Notes: a model not told the origin generated them from the letters alone. DNA of 34,656 nt from a virus (IMGVR_UViG_3300049455_000025:1-34656), one strand, 5' to 3'. Positions 1 through 8,970 are shown, counted from the stretch's first letter. Translations and numbers: made by a program.

Positions 1-450
1 GTACCCGGACTGGTCGTCGATCGTGATCCAGTCGTAGATCGTCGGGGTGGGCTGGGTGCGCCAGCCGCCGATGCCGTCCGGGTCGTCCTCGCGCTGCGCG
101 AAGCACAGCCCGCCGACGATCGGCCGCTCGGCCGGGTCGGCGGCCGCGAGGAGCAGCTCGAGCGTGTCCGGCTGGAAACCCATGTCGGTGTCGAGCCAGA
201 ACAGCCATTCGGCGGTGTAGTCCTCGAGGAACTCGTGGACGGCCTGGTTGCGGGCCTCGATGACTCCGCCGGTGCCGTACTTGATGGCGAGGAACCCGCC
301 GCCGTCCTTGAGCCGGCCATGCAAGCCTGCGTCGAACGCGACGAGACCCATCATGCTGCGGTGCCACGAGTAGGCGACCTCGTTGCCGCCGACGTAGGCC
401 AGCACCACCTTGGCGCCGCCCAGGTCTTCCGCGGTGGGGCCGTCAGCCAC
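1..450 (-). CDS. GT-A fold (GT2-like) glycosyltransferase, runs off the window edge
   Basis: Not in ORF track; my translation from GTG at 450: MADGPTAEDLGGAKVVLAYV...IEARNQAVHEFLEDYTAEWLFWLDTDMGFQPDTLELLL...PIVGGLCF; ARN helix and DxD motif (DTD). Confidence 0.85.
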   Translation of the reverse strand, partial: MADGPTAEDLGGAKVVLAYVGGNEVAYSWHRSMMGLVAFDAGLHGRLKDGGGFLAIKYGTGGVIEARNQAVHEFLEDYTAEWLFWLDTDMGFQPDTLELLLAAADPAERPIVGGLCFAQREDDPDGIGGWRTQPTPTIYDWITIDDQSGY

Positions 451-658
451 GGCGCGCGTTCCGGCGCTCGCCCGGCGTGGCGGTCGCCGTCTCGACGGGC
501 CCGTCTTCCATGCCGGTCTGCGGGTCTTCGGAGAAGAAGCCGGGCTGCTCCCGGACGACCTGCAGGGCGTCGCTGTACTTCTGCCCGCGGTGGACGGTGT
601 ACGTGCCGCCGGTGGTGAGTGCGATGCTCGCCGTCTCCACGGCGTAGACGATGCTCAT
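443..658 (-). CDS. Small hypothetical protein of the head module (71 aa)
   Basis: RBS GGAAGGAA, 8-nt overlap with next gene, C-terminal VETATATPGERR of a kind I recall in actinophage post-capsid genes. Confidence 0.75.
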   Translation of the reverse strand: MSIVYAVETASIALTTGGTYTVHRGQKYSDALQVVREQPGFFSEDPQTGMEDGPVETATATPGERRNARRG

Positions 659-747
659 TGCATTGTTCCTTCCCAGGTAGGCGGAGGCCCCGGACCTGGG
701 ATCCGGGACCCCCTTCCCTCGACGATCAGACGAGGGCGTCGGTGTGG

Positions 748-1482
748 TTACTTCTGCCAGTAGGCGCCCGTCGCGTCGATCTCGACGATGGGCTGAGTGA
801 TGGTGCGTTGCTCGCGGAAGTCCCGTACCGCCTTCCGACAGCCGGGCATCGCGTGGTCGTCGATGATGACGAAGCCGCCGTCCGAGACCTTGTCGTACAG
901 GGCGGCGAGCGCGTCCATCGTCGATTCGTAGAGGTCTCCGTCGAGCCGCAGCACCGCGAGCTGATCGATCGGCGCGCGGCTCAAGGTGTCCCGGAACCAG
1001 CCCTCGATGAAGACGACCTGACGGTCTAGCAGGCCGTATTTGGCGAAGTTGTTCTGCACCTGCATGAGCGACACGGCGAGCGGGGCGTACGTGTGGTGTG
1101 GGTCGTCGGCGTCCGCCGGGTACAGGTCCGGGTTGGGCGGTGGGCAGCCTGCGAACGAGTCGGCGACGAAGACCGTCCGGTCTGTGTCGCCGTACGCCTG
1201 GAGGATGGCCCGCATGTAGATGCAGGCGCCGCCGCGCCAGACCCCCGTCTCGATCAGGTCGCCGGGCGTCCCGTCCGCAAGGACGGACTCGACGATCCGG
1301 CGCAGGTTGTCCATGCGTAGCTGACCGATCATGGTGTGCGCGACCGAGGGCCAGTCGAGGCCGTAGGCGCGCCTGTTGGGCATGAACTGAGTCCCGGACC
1401 AGGGGTCCTGAGGTGGGTCCTCGTAGATCGTGCCCAACAGGCAGCGTTGCATCAGGTCCAGATACAGCGTGCGGGTGTCCGT
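748..1482 (-). CDS. TylF/MycF-family SAM-dependent sugar O-methyltransferase (start uncertain: ACG 1482 or ATG 1452)
   Basis: AHTMIG..R, PGDLIETGVWRGG, VADSFAG, GWFRDTL, LRLDGDLYEST, GGFVIIDD motifs; conserved LYLDL helix lies upstream of the ATG. Confidence 0.93.
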   Translation of the reverse strand, partial: TDTRTLYLDLMQRCLLGTIYEDPPQDPWSGTQFMPNRRAYGLDWPSVAHTMIGQLRMDNLRRIVESVLADGTPGDLIETGVWRGGACIYMRAILQAYGDTDRTVFVADSFAGCPPPNPDLYPADADDPHHTYAPLAVSLMQVQNNFAKYGLLDRQVVFIEGWFRDTLSRAPIDQLAVLRLDGDLYESTMDALAALYDKVSDGGFVIIDDHAMPGCRKAVRDFREQRTITQPIVEIDATGAYWQK

Positions 1483-1488
1483 GGCCGG

Positions 1489-1890
1489 TTACTTCCTGGC
1501 CTCGGCGCGTGCGGTGCGGCGCTTCTCGGCGTCTTCTTCCTTCTTCGCCGCGTCGGTGGCCGCCTGTTCGAGCGCGGCCTTCCGCTCGGCCTGAGTCTCC
1601 TGCGCGAACCCGAGCTCGGCCAGCTTGTCATCGACGTCGTCGATCTGCTCGTCGACGGCCTTCAGTGCTTCCTCGTCGACGACGGGCGGGTCGATGACGT
1701 CACGGTTCATCTGGTGCGCCTGCTTCACGGCGAGCAGGTGCTGCACGACCGGGTCGGAGGATTCGCCGGCCAGCGGCGCCCGCCCGGACAGCGGCAGCGA
1801 CGTCGAGTCGTTCGTCGTCGCGGTTCGGGTGGTGGTGAACGACGCTGCCGAGCCGACCGGCTTCGGGTCGCTCTTCGGGGTTTCGGCCAT
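1489..1890 (-). CDS. Hypothetical protein after major capsid; Ser/Thr-rich N-terminus, charged helical C-terminus
   Basis: RBS GGAGG upstream of ATG; operon position. Confidence 0.8.
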   Translation of the reverse strand: MAETPKSDPKPVGSAASFTTTRTATTNDSTSLPLSGRAPLAGESSDPVVQHLLAVKQAHQMNRDVIDPPVVDEEALKAVDEQIDDVDDKLAELGFAQETQAERKAALEQAATDAAKKEEDAEKRRTARAEARK

Positions 1891-1905
1891 GGGGTCTCTG
1901 TCCTC

Positions 1906-3411
1906 CTAGGTGTTGACGAGCAGCCGGAAGCCGAGGTCGTTCGCGGACGAACCACCGATGCGGCTGTAGGCGAACCAGCCGCGCTGCCCGGTCGGCATGC
2001 CGTACGCCGAGCCGGCGGTCGCCTGCTGGAAGATCTGCGGAATGAGCTCGACGCTCATGCCGCCGCGGCGGGCGATGACGTAGTTGGAGAAGTCGCCGGC
2101 GACGACGTAGCCCTCGGTCGACGTGGTCGTCGTGGTGAGCGACGGCATGTACGGCGACTCGTAGACGCCGCGGTTGAACAGCATCTCCACCGCGCCCTCG
2201 GGCAGGGTGACCGTGGTCGCGTGGTAGACGTTCGCGGTGCCCAGCTGCCGGATCGCGTTGTTGAGGCTGACGTTCATCAGCCAGGACGCGTTGCGGCGGT
2301 TGCGCTGCGGGATCGCCTGCCACAGGTTGTACGGGTCGGCGGCGGAGATCGCGCCGACGTTCGTCGCCGCGCGGACCCGGACGTTGGTGTTCGCCGACAG
2401 GCAGGTGAGGATGCCCTTCGGCTCGCCGGTGCCGGAGCCGCGGGTGAACTTGTCGACGAGCAGCTCGTCGTAGCCGGCGGACAGCAGCGTCTGCATCTCG
2501 CTCGCGAAGCCGGGGTAGTCCTGCCCGATCTCGATCGAGAACGGGATGAACCCGCGGGCCATGAACACGGTGACGGTCGGCTGGGCGAGGGTGGCCATGT
2601 CGTCGGAGACCGCGGCCGCTTCAGCGTCGAAGGACCAGGTGACGCCGGCCGAGCTGACGCCCTTCCAGATGTTGGTGTTGACGTCGACCTGCCGGGCCAG
2701 CTGCAGGAACGGGTTCCCGGACCCCTGCGCCGTCATGATGATCGACGGGTCGATGAACACCGGGATGCCGAAGCCGCCCGCGGTCGTGGTGCCCTCGGAC
2801 GCGGCCCGGTATTCGTTGAAGGCCCGGACGGCGTGCTGCTGCTCCGGCGACAGCATCGGGTGCGGCTCGGTGACGAGCTTCATCCACGCTTCGCGGTAGT
2901 CGTCGTTCTCGGTGACGAGGATCCGGCGGGCGATGTCCGGGCTGGTGCGGATCTGCCGCTCGACCTCGTCCTTCTCCTCGGCCCGAAGGTGCATCGAGGA
3001 GTTGCGGTCGTCGAGGATGCGCAATGCCCGGTCGCGCGCTTCCGGGTTGTTCATCCGGCGGACGTCGCCGTACGGGTCCTGCCGGTCGCGGTTCTGCAGG
3101 TTCAGCATCGCCGCCTCGACGGCCTTCGGCCGGCGCTGGAACACTTCCTGCAGGGCGCGGTGCTCCTCGATCTTCTTGATCGCGAAGTCGCGGAGCTTCA
3201 GGCCGTAGTCGAACGCCGACTGCTCCGCAGGGGTCTTGTCCCGCAGCTCGCCGGTGTTCTCGTCCTGGTGGATGGAGCGCAGGTGCGCGTCGAGGACCTC
3301 GATGTACTTCTGCAGCTGGTCGGGGTTCATGCCCCGCAGCTCGTCGGGTGTTGCGGTGCCGAGGTCGTCCGGGTTCTTGTCCCGGAGCTCGGGCAGGATG
3401 TCGATCGTCAC
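1906..3411 (-). CDS. Major capsid protein, HK97 fold, with about 200-aa N-terminal scaffolding (delta) region
   Basis: RAASEGTTTAGGFGIP, NASWLMN, GDFSNYVIARR, GQRGWFAYSRIGG; follows the protease. Confidence 0.95.
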   Translation of the reverse strand: MTIDILPELRDKNPDDLGTATPDELRGMNPDQLQKYIEVLDAHLRSIHQDENTGELRDKTPAEQSAFDYGLKLRDFAIKKIEEHRALQEVFQRRPKAVEAAMLNLQNRDRQDPYGDVRRMNNPEARDRALRILDDRNSSMHLRAEEKDEVERQIRTSPDIARRILVTENDDYREAWMKLVTEPHPMLSPEQQHAVRAFNEYRAASEGTTTAGGFGIPVFIDPSIIMTAQGSGNPFLQLARQVDVNTNIWKGVSSAGVTWSFDAEAAAVSDDMATLAQPTVTVFMARGFIPFSIEIGQDYPGFASEMQTLLSAGYDELLVDKFTRGSGTGEPKGILTCLSANTNVRVRAATNVGAISAADPYNLWQAIPQRNRRNASWLMNVSLNNAIRQLGTANVYHATTVTLPEGAVEMLFNRGVYESPYMPSLTTTTTSTEGYVVAGDFSNYVIARRGGMSVELIPQIFQQATAGSAYGMPTGQRGWFAYSRIGGSSANDLGFRLLVNT

Positions 3412-4826
3412 AGCAGGATTCCCCTTGCACGGAGAGCGCCGTCGTCGAGGCGCTGACGGAGGTGTGGTGTGGTGCTGGTCGTGCTGTCCGGCTCCGCGCC
3501 GGGATCACCGCCGTCGCCGCTCCACGCGGCCGAACGCCCGGTGAGGTCTGAGAGGTCCGCGTACTGCGCCATCTCTTCGGCGAGTTCGCGGATCAGGGAG
3601 CGCCGCTCGTCGGGGTCGGCCTGCGCGAGCAGGGACCGGACGGAGACGCTGGTGGTGTCGTAGGCCGGGAAGGCGACCGGGCCGAGCTCGTGGACGTCGG
3701 CGTCGCGGATGTCGCGCTTGTCCCTGGTCGGCCAGACGTCGCCGTTCTCGGGGACGCCGAACCGGAACGACATGCCCTTCACGGCGCCGCCCTCGATGGC
3801 CTGCCGCACCGGCTCGACGACGGGGTTTTCGAACAGCCGCGCCCGCACGAACAGGCCCCGGCTGTCCTCGCCGAGGTCCTGGATCGCGCCGATCGGCACC
3901 GTCCCGACACGCGGGTCCTTGCCGTGATCCCACTGCAGGATCGGGGTGCGCTGGCCGATGGACCGGCTGAACGCGCCGGGCAGGATCGTCTCGTCGAAGT
4001 CGCCGCCGATGTCGCGGATACGGGTCGGGGAGTTGAACACGGCGGCGTAGCCCTCGAGGGTCCGACCGTCGCCGCGGGCCTCCAGCTCGAACCCGAACGA
4101 CCGCACCACCAGGTCGAGCCCGGCGGAGCGGTGCGGCAGCGCTTTGACGCTCTTCAGCTTCGCCATGAACGCCGGCGTCGCGATGCCGTCGGCCTTCATC
4201 CCGAGCGCCTTCTGCGCCCGCTTCACCGCGGCGGACGTCTTCGGCCCGTACTTGCCGTCGGAGAGGTTCTTGTCGCCCTTCTTGGCCAGGCCAAGCCGGA
4301 CGAGGTCGTCCTGCAGCTTGTGGACGCCGGGATCGCCGTTCTTCATCCCGTAGCCGGGCCCGCGGTGCCCGTCGAAGGCAAAGTTGCCGTGGCCGGAGGT
4401 GGTGGCGTTGTGATGGGTCATCGGCTTCTTGGCCGGACCCTTCGGTGCGGCTTTCTTTGCCGGACCCTTCGGTCCGGACTTGCCGCCGTTGCCCGACGAG
4501 AACTGACCACCCGTCGACGAGCCGGCCGGGGCGTGGAAGTCGTTGTACCGGAACAGCTGCCCGAGCGCCCACCGCTCCTCGAGCGTCATCAGTTCGGCGG
4601 AGCGCTCCGGGGCGACCTCGATGCCGAACCGCTTCGCTGCCGCTTTGATCGCCGACTTCACCTCCGCGAGCTGGTCGGGGGTGTAGGCGGAGGCGTTGTC
4701 GCCCTGGTCGATGTATGCCAGGGCTGCGCGGACGTGATCGGCATCTCCGATCGGGTACCTCGGCTTCTTGTCGTCCTGGTAGCCGGGGTCTGCGAACTCT
4801 GCGCGGAGCTCGAGGGCAGCAGTCAT
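3408..4826 (-). CDS. HK97-family prohead protease with N-terminal DUF6582-like segment, Gly-rich motif and peptidoglycan-binding domain
   Basis: C-terminal LEGYAAVFNS, FDETILPGAF, LQWDHG, GMSFRF, HELGPVAFPAY; central GDPGVHKLQDDL..LG...DGKYGPKTSAAVKRAQKALGMKADGIA; N-terminal RYPIGDADHVRAALAY. Confidence 0.92.
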   Translation of the reverse strand: MTAALELRAEFADPGYQDDKKPRYPIGDADHVRAALAYIDQGDNASAYTPDQLAEVKSAIKAAAKRFGIEVAPERSAELMTLEERWALGQLFRYNDFHAPAGSSTGGQFSSGNGGKSGPKGPAKKAAPKGPAKKPMTHHNATTSGHGNFAFDGHRGPGYGMKNGDPGVHKLQDDLVRLGLAKKGDKNLSDGKYGPKTSAAVKRAQKALGMKADGIATPAFMAKLKSVKALPHRSAGLDLVVRSFGFELEARGDGRTLEGYAAVFNSPTRIRDIGGDFDETILPGAFSRSIGQRTPILQWDHGKDPRVGTVPIGAIQDLGEDSRGLFVRARLFENPVVEPVRQAIEGGAVKGMSFRFGVPENGDVWPTRDKRDIRDADVHELGPVAFPAYDTTSVSVRSLLAQADPDERRSLIRELAEEMAQYADLSDLTGRSAAWSGDGGDPGAEPDSTTSTTPHLRQRLDDGALRARGILL

Positions 4827-4871
4827 CGACCCACGCACCTCCTCTTGCTGGTGGCGGGCTGGGAGTGCATG

Positions 4872-6272
4872 TCAGTCGGGCGCGGCTGGAAGCTCAGCCG
4901 GCGGGCCGGCGGCGGGCGGCTGCTCGGCGCCGGGGAGTTGCAGCTGCACGGAGACCATGCCGGTGTGCTTGAGCAGGGTCATGTTCTGTCCGATGACCGC
5001 GGCCTTGACGGACTCGGCTTCGAAGCCGCCGTTGACGCCGCTGACGATCGTCGACATCTGGATCTGGGCGATCTCGGCCGCGTCCTTGGCGTCCTCACGG
5101 AGGATCGGCATGTCGGCGACGTCGAACCAGAGTTCGGCGTCGGACGGGACGTTGACGAGGGTGGCTGCGGATCCGCACAGGTCCTGCAGCGTCGGGTACA
5201 CCCAGGTGTCGGCGAACATCCGCCGGGCGGCGGAGAAGTTGCCGGCGTTCAGTGAGCTGCCGGAGAGTCCTTCGGAGATGCCGAGCAGCGCCGCCGGGAC
5301 GCGGGACAGGACGGACAGCCGGGTTTCGCCGAGCCCCTGGGTGGACTTGAAGTCGATCTGGCTCAGGTCGGAGCCGACGACGGTCGCGTCGGCGCCGGCC
5401 GCGAGGTACAGGGTGCGGTAGGCGTTGGCGACGCCGGCGTGTTTCTGCTCCATCGCGTCGACGATCTCGTCGAACTGTTCGCGCGTGGCGGCGGTGACGC
5501 CCTTCACGACCAGGTTCGGTGTGGCCCCGTTCTCGAAGAACCGGATCTTGTGCTCGGTGGCGAGCCGGTCGCCCTGGATGTCCCGGACCGCGGGCGTGAT
5601 CCAGGACATGCCGATCCCGGCGGCCTCCGGGTCGGGGATCGGCGACCAGTGACACACGTCCTGCGGAAGCAGGGTCTCGACCCGGTTGCCGGAGTTGAAG
5701 CCGCCGTTGCAGTAGACGTAGCCGAGGAGCTTCCCGTCGAGGGCGTGGCCGGCGTAGTCGGGCTCCCGCTGCGACCCGAACAGCAGCGCCACCCAGTCCG
5801 GGCGCAGCACCCGCAGTCGATCGGGCTGCCGGGTGACGTAGGCGTTGCCGGCGAGGCCGGCGTGCCACTCCATGCGGGCCAGCAGCTCACCTGTAGTGGC
5901 GTTCGTCCACGGCTGCTCCAGCACGCCGAGGTCGCGGTTGCCGAACAGCCGCCGGGCCTTCGGCGAGGACGGCAGGTTGCGGAAGGTGAACCTCGCCTGC
6001 GACAGGACGAGTGCGCGGACCATCTGCGCCGCGAACGCCGGCGGGCAGCCGCGCAGTGCGGCCGCGTAGCCGGGGAGCGTTGCGACAACCTCGGTCGCCC
6101 GGTTGCCGTTCCAGGTCTGGTTGAGGCCACTGCCGCCGATGCCGTACTGGACACCGCCGTACCCGAACGTGGATGGGATCAGGTAGTCGGTCAGCCACTG
6201 GTCGGCGGCGAAGCGCTGCTCGACCTCGCCACGCGACCGCGCGGAGATCCGGTCAACGAGGGACACGCGCAC
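4872..6272 (-). CDS. Portal protein (start may be GTG 6266)
   Basis: LAGNAYV, LRPDWV, GIGMSWI, FFENGATP, RVPAALLG motifs; position between terL and protease. Confidence 0.93.
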   Translation of the reverse strand: MRVSLVDRISARSRGEVEQRFAADQWLTDYLIPSTFGYGGVQYGIGGSGLNQTWNGNRATEVVATLPGYAAALRGCPPAFAAQMVRALVLSQARFTFRNLPSSPKARRLFGNRDLGVLEQPWTNATTGELLARMEWHAGLAGNAYVTRQPDRLRVLRPDWVALLFGSQREPDYAGHALDGKLLGYVYCNGGFNSGNRVETLLPQDVCHWSPIPDPEAAGIGMSWITPAVRDIQGDRLATEHKIRFFENGATPNLVVKGVTAATREQFDEIVDAMEQKHAGVANAYRTLYLAAGADATVVGSDLSQIDFKSTQGLGETRLSVLSRVPAALLGISEGLSGSSLNAGNFSAARRMFADTWVYPTLQDLCGSAATLVNVPSDAELWFDVADMPILREDAKDAAEIAQIQMSTIVSGVNGGFEAESVKAAVIGQNMTLLKHTGMVSVQLQLPGAEQPPAAGPPAELPAAPD

Positions 6273-6534
6273 CGCCGGCGCGGCGGCCGTCCTCCCAGCC
6301 GAGCTTCACTGCGGCCGCGCACCACACGAGCGCCGGCCAGATCACACGTCGGACGGTGAACCCGAGCACCCAGAAGGCGCCGCCGATCGCGACGAGCAGC
6401 AGCCGGACGAGTTTGAACAGCAGCCAGCCCGACCAGTAGAAGCCGGCGCCGATCGCTTCGACAACCTGCCGTTTCGCGTCACCGGCACGGTGCTTGGCCT
6501 CGCCGGTGTCGAGGAGCTCGTCGATCGTGACCAC
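6253..6534 (-). CDS. Small membrane protein between terL and portal
   Basis: GTG at 6534 just after terL stop; long hydrophobic segment. Confidence 0.7.
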   Translation of the reverse strand: MVTIDELLDTGEAKHRAGDAKRQVVEAIGAGFYWSGWLLFKLVRLLLVAIGGAFWVLGFTVRRVIWPALVWCAAAVKLGWEDGRRAGGARVPR

Positions 6535-6542
6535 GGAGCCCC

Positions 6543-8141
6543 CTAGCGCCAGGATGCGAAGAACTGCGGTTGCGGGGTGAGGGCGCCGTCCTCGATGGCC
6601 TGGCCTCGCGCCTGGTGGGCCAGCACCGCGGCGACGGCCATGTCGATCCACATCCCGTCGCCGCGCTTGGCGAGCTTCAGGTAGTGCGACTGGATCGTCT
6701 CGTCCTCGCCCGGGCGCGCCTTCTTCCGTGAACCCTTGACGATCACGGCGTTCTTGCAGTGCTTCGCCAAGTCTTCCGAGCCGTCGTGGGTGATCTCGCC
6801 GGCGGCGAACGACGTCACGAACCGCTCGATGGCCTTGTCCATGCGCTGCTCGACGTTGGTCGGGAACTCCACCACCCGGTCCGGCCAGGCCGCCGCCCAG
6901 ACGTCGAGGTAGTCCTGCCACCGCCACGGGTCGGCGAAGAGGTAGGCGACCTTGTATGCAGCGAAGGTGTCGCGCAGCACCCGGTCGACCTCGGGCGACG
7001 GAACCTTCCAGTCGGCCGGTGCGTTCGCTGGCCGCTCCCAGACCCGTAGCGCGAAGAGCCGCGCGTCGGACAGGCGGGATGCCACGAGTGCCGTCGAGTC
7101 CTGATACTTCGCCCCGTCGAAGCCGAGCGCGATCGCGTCGCCGGGCCTCAGCTGGTCGTCGCGGGCGGCGAGGTCCCAGCGGATCGGGTCGACGAACACG
7201 GACTCGCCGACGACGAGCTCGTTGAGGAAGAACCGCCGACGGTCCGCCTCCATGTGCCGGGCCGACTGGACCTCGTGGAGGATGCGGCCCTTGACGTTGA
7301 CCCAGCCGCCTTTTTCCCGGGCGGAGTCGCCGTATTGGCGGACGAGCTCGGCGTAGACGGCTTCGGTGTCTTCGAGGTCTTCGACGCGGTGCGGTTCGAT
7401 GGTGTCAACGAGGACGCGCTCGTCGCCCGAGTCGCCGGTGATCTGCGCTTCGGACGCCTCGGTCGGGTCCCAGCCGTTGGTGAGCTCGAGCCAACGCCCG
7501 TCCATGCCGGCGACGTTCCGCTTGACGGCACCGCACACCCGCCGGAAGCCGCCCTGCAGCGTAAACAGGTGCGACTCGGTGATGGTGAGGAACGTAAGTG
7601 GCGCACCGAGCCGTGCCCGGGCCGAGGTGGTGACCGGGTCGATCTGCCCGCCGGACGGCAGGACCACACGCGTCTCGCCGACGTCGATGCCCGGGGTGTC
7701 GATGAGCGGACCGCGGCGCGCCATCGACAGCAGCGGCCGGTACGTGTTGGCGGTCTGCTCCTCGGAGGTGCCGAGGCACACAATCAGGGGCGACGGGTAC
7801 GGAGCGCCGACCGGCTCGCCGGCGGCGGTCCATCCGTCAAAGCGGGTTGGGCCGAGCGCTTCCGCCCAGATGATGGCCGCGCCGAACGGGTCTTTGCCCC
7901 ACTTCTGCACGCGGCGCAGCTGCCCGCCGGTGTACTGCAGCGCATCGGGCGCCGGCCACTGGGCGGCGTGCGGGTAGAGCCGGTAGTAGTGGATGAGGAA
8001 CTTCCACATCTCGTCGGTGAGGACGAGTTGATGGCCCATCTGGTAGCCATCAGGGATGACGCAGCGCGCTTCGATCCACTCGCCGACGTCGTAGCCGAGG
8101 GTCGGGAACTCGCCCGGCTCTTCGGGCCCGCGCCACGGCAT
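6543..8141 (-). CDS. terL: Terminase large subunit
   Basis: ATG in TGATG overlap with terS; variant Walker A (RRVQKWGKD), variant Walker B (LTITESH), nuclease LGFDGAKYQDSTALV and C-terminal IDMAVA. Confidence 0.93.
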   Translation of the reverse strand: MPWRGPEEPGEFPTLGYDVGEWIEARCVIPDGYQMGHQLVLTDEMWKFLIHYYRLYPHAAQWPAPDALQYTGGQLRRVQKWGKDPFGAAIIWAEALGPTRFDGWTAAGEPVGAPYPSPLIVCLGTSEEQTANTYRPLLSMARRGPLIDTPGIDVGETRVVLPSGGQIDPVTTSARARLGAPLTFLTITESHLFTLQGGFRRVCGAVKRNVAGMDGRWLELTNGWDPTEASEAQITGDSGDERVLVDTIEPHRVEDLEDTEAVYAELVRQYGDSAREKGGWVNVKGRILHEVQSARHMEADRRRFFLNELVVGESVFVDPIRWDLAARDDQLRPGDAIALGFDGAKYQDSTALVASRLSDARLFALRVWERPANAPADWKVPSPEVDRVLRDTFAAYKVAYLFADPWRWQDYLDVWAAAWPDRVVEFPTNVEQRMDKAIERFVTSFAAGEITHDGSEDLAKHCKNAVIVKGSRKKARPGEDETIQSHYLKLAKRGDGMWIDMAVAAVLAHQARGQAIEDGALTPQPQFFASWR

Positions 8142-8716
8142 CAGGAGACCGCCCGGATCCGCCCCCGCACGCCGGTCGGCTTCTGTTCGCGCTTCTCGGC
8201 CACCTCGTCCTCGGCGACCCTCCACCGCAGCCGCAGCATCGCCATCGGGCTGAGGCCGAGCCGGTCGGACCACTGGCGGGCTTCCTTCGCCGAGTCCAGG
8301 TCGCCGAGCTCGGCCATCACCTTGTGCCGGGTGTACTGGGCGACGTCACGCAGCCAGCCGAGCCGTTCCCATTCGCAGGCCTGCGGCAGCTTCCACAGGT
8401 CGCGCCACAGCGCGGACTCGAGCTTGCGTTGCTCGCGCACCTGGGCTTCGAGGATTGCCAGCCGCTCGAGGGCGAGGTCGAGCCTGCGTTCAATCGAGCC
8501 GGTCGGCTTCTCCTGGGCCTCAGCCTCATTGATCTTGAAGCGGAGCTCCTCGACCTTGTCGGCCGCGAGCTCGGCACGGGTCTTCAGCACGACGTCGGGC
8601 AGCAGCGGCCAGCGGGGTGCGTTGCCCTTGCGGCCCTCGGACGGCAGCGCGGTCATCGCGATCGTCGGGTTGCGGCGGACGCGGTTCTCCTTCGGGGGCG
8701 GACCCATGCCGGCCAC
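8141..8716 (-). CDS. terS: Terminase small subunit
   Basis: MAGMGPPPK..R.RRN start, WKLPQACEW, DRLGLSPMAMLRLRW; RBS AGGAGG; directly upstream of terL. Confidence 0.9.
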   Translation of the reverse strand: MAGMGPPPKENRVRRNPTIAMTALPSEGRKGNAPRWPLLPDVVLKTRAELAADKVEELRFKINEAEAQEKPTGSIERRLDLALERLAILEAQVREQRKLESALWRDLWKLPQACEWERLGWLRDVAQYTRHKVMAELGDLDSAKEARQWSDRLGLSPMAMLRLRWRVAEDEVAEKREQKPTGVRGRIRAVS

Positions 8717-8724
8717 GGTCCGTC

Positions 8725-8970
8725 ACCTCCTGTTCGGGGGTAACCGAACGTGACTTATTGCAGGTCACGCTCTGTAGCGCAAAGGAGGGTGGTCACTGTG
8801 CGTATGTTACTCAGACCCGTACACATTGCGAGGAGCCTGGCCCGGGGTCCTGAAGGCGGACATTCCGGACGTCAGCACCCCACCCCCCGGGTGGGCACTC
8901 ACTCTTGGTAGATGTCACGCTAAGCAACGCACGTGATGTCGATCATTCACACATCACGTAGCGTGATGTC
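8725..8970. other. Candidate cos/packaging-initiation region
   Basis: Non-coding gap between HNH and terS; GTCACGCT twice (8764, 8914), ACGTGATGT/ACATCACGT inverted repeat (8931-8959), C-rich tract near 8877-8890. Confidence 0.45.

Noticed and set aside
748-1482. TylF as sign of a macrolide biosynthetic cluster
   Set aside because: No PKS or sugar-biosynthesis genes; embedded in a phage head operon
1336-8753. Long plus-strand ORFs (1336-3456, 3690-5255, 5439-6359, 7254-8753)
   Set aside because: Antisense shadows of well-supported structural genes, expected in high-GC DNA; no motifs
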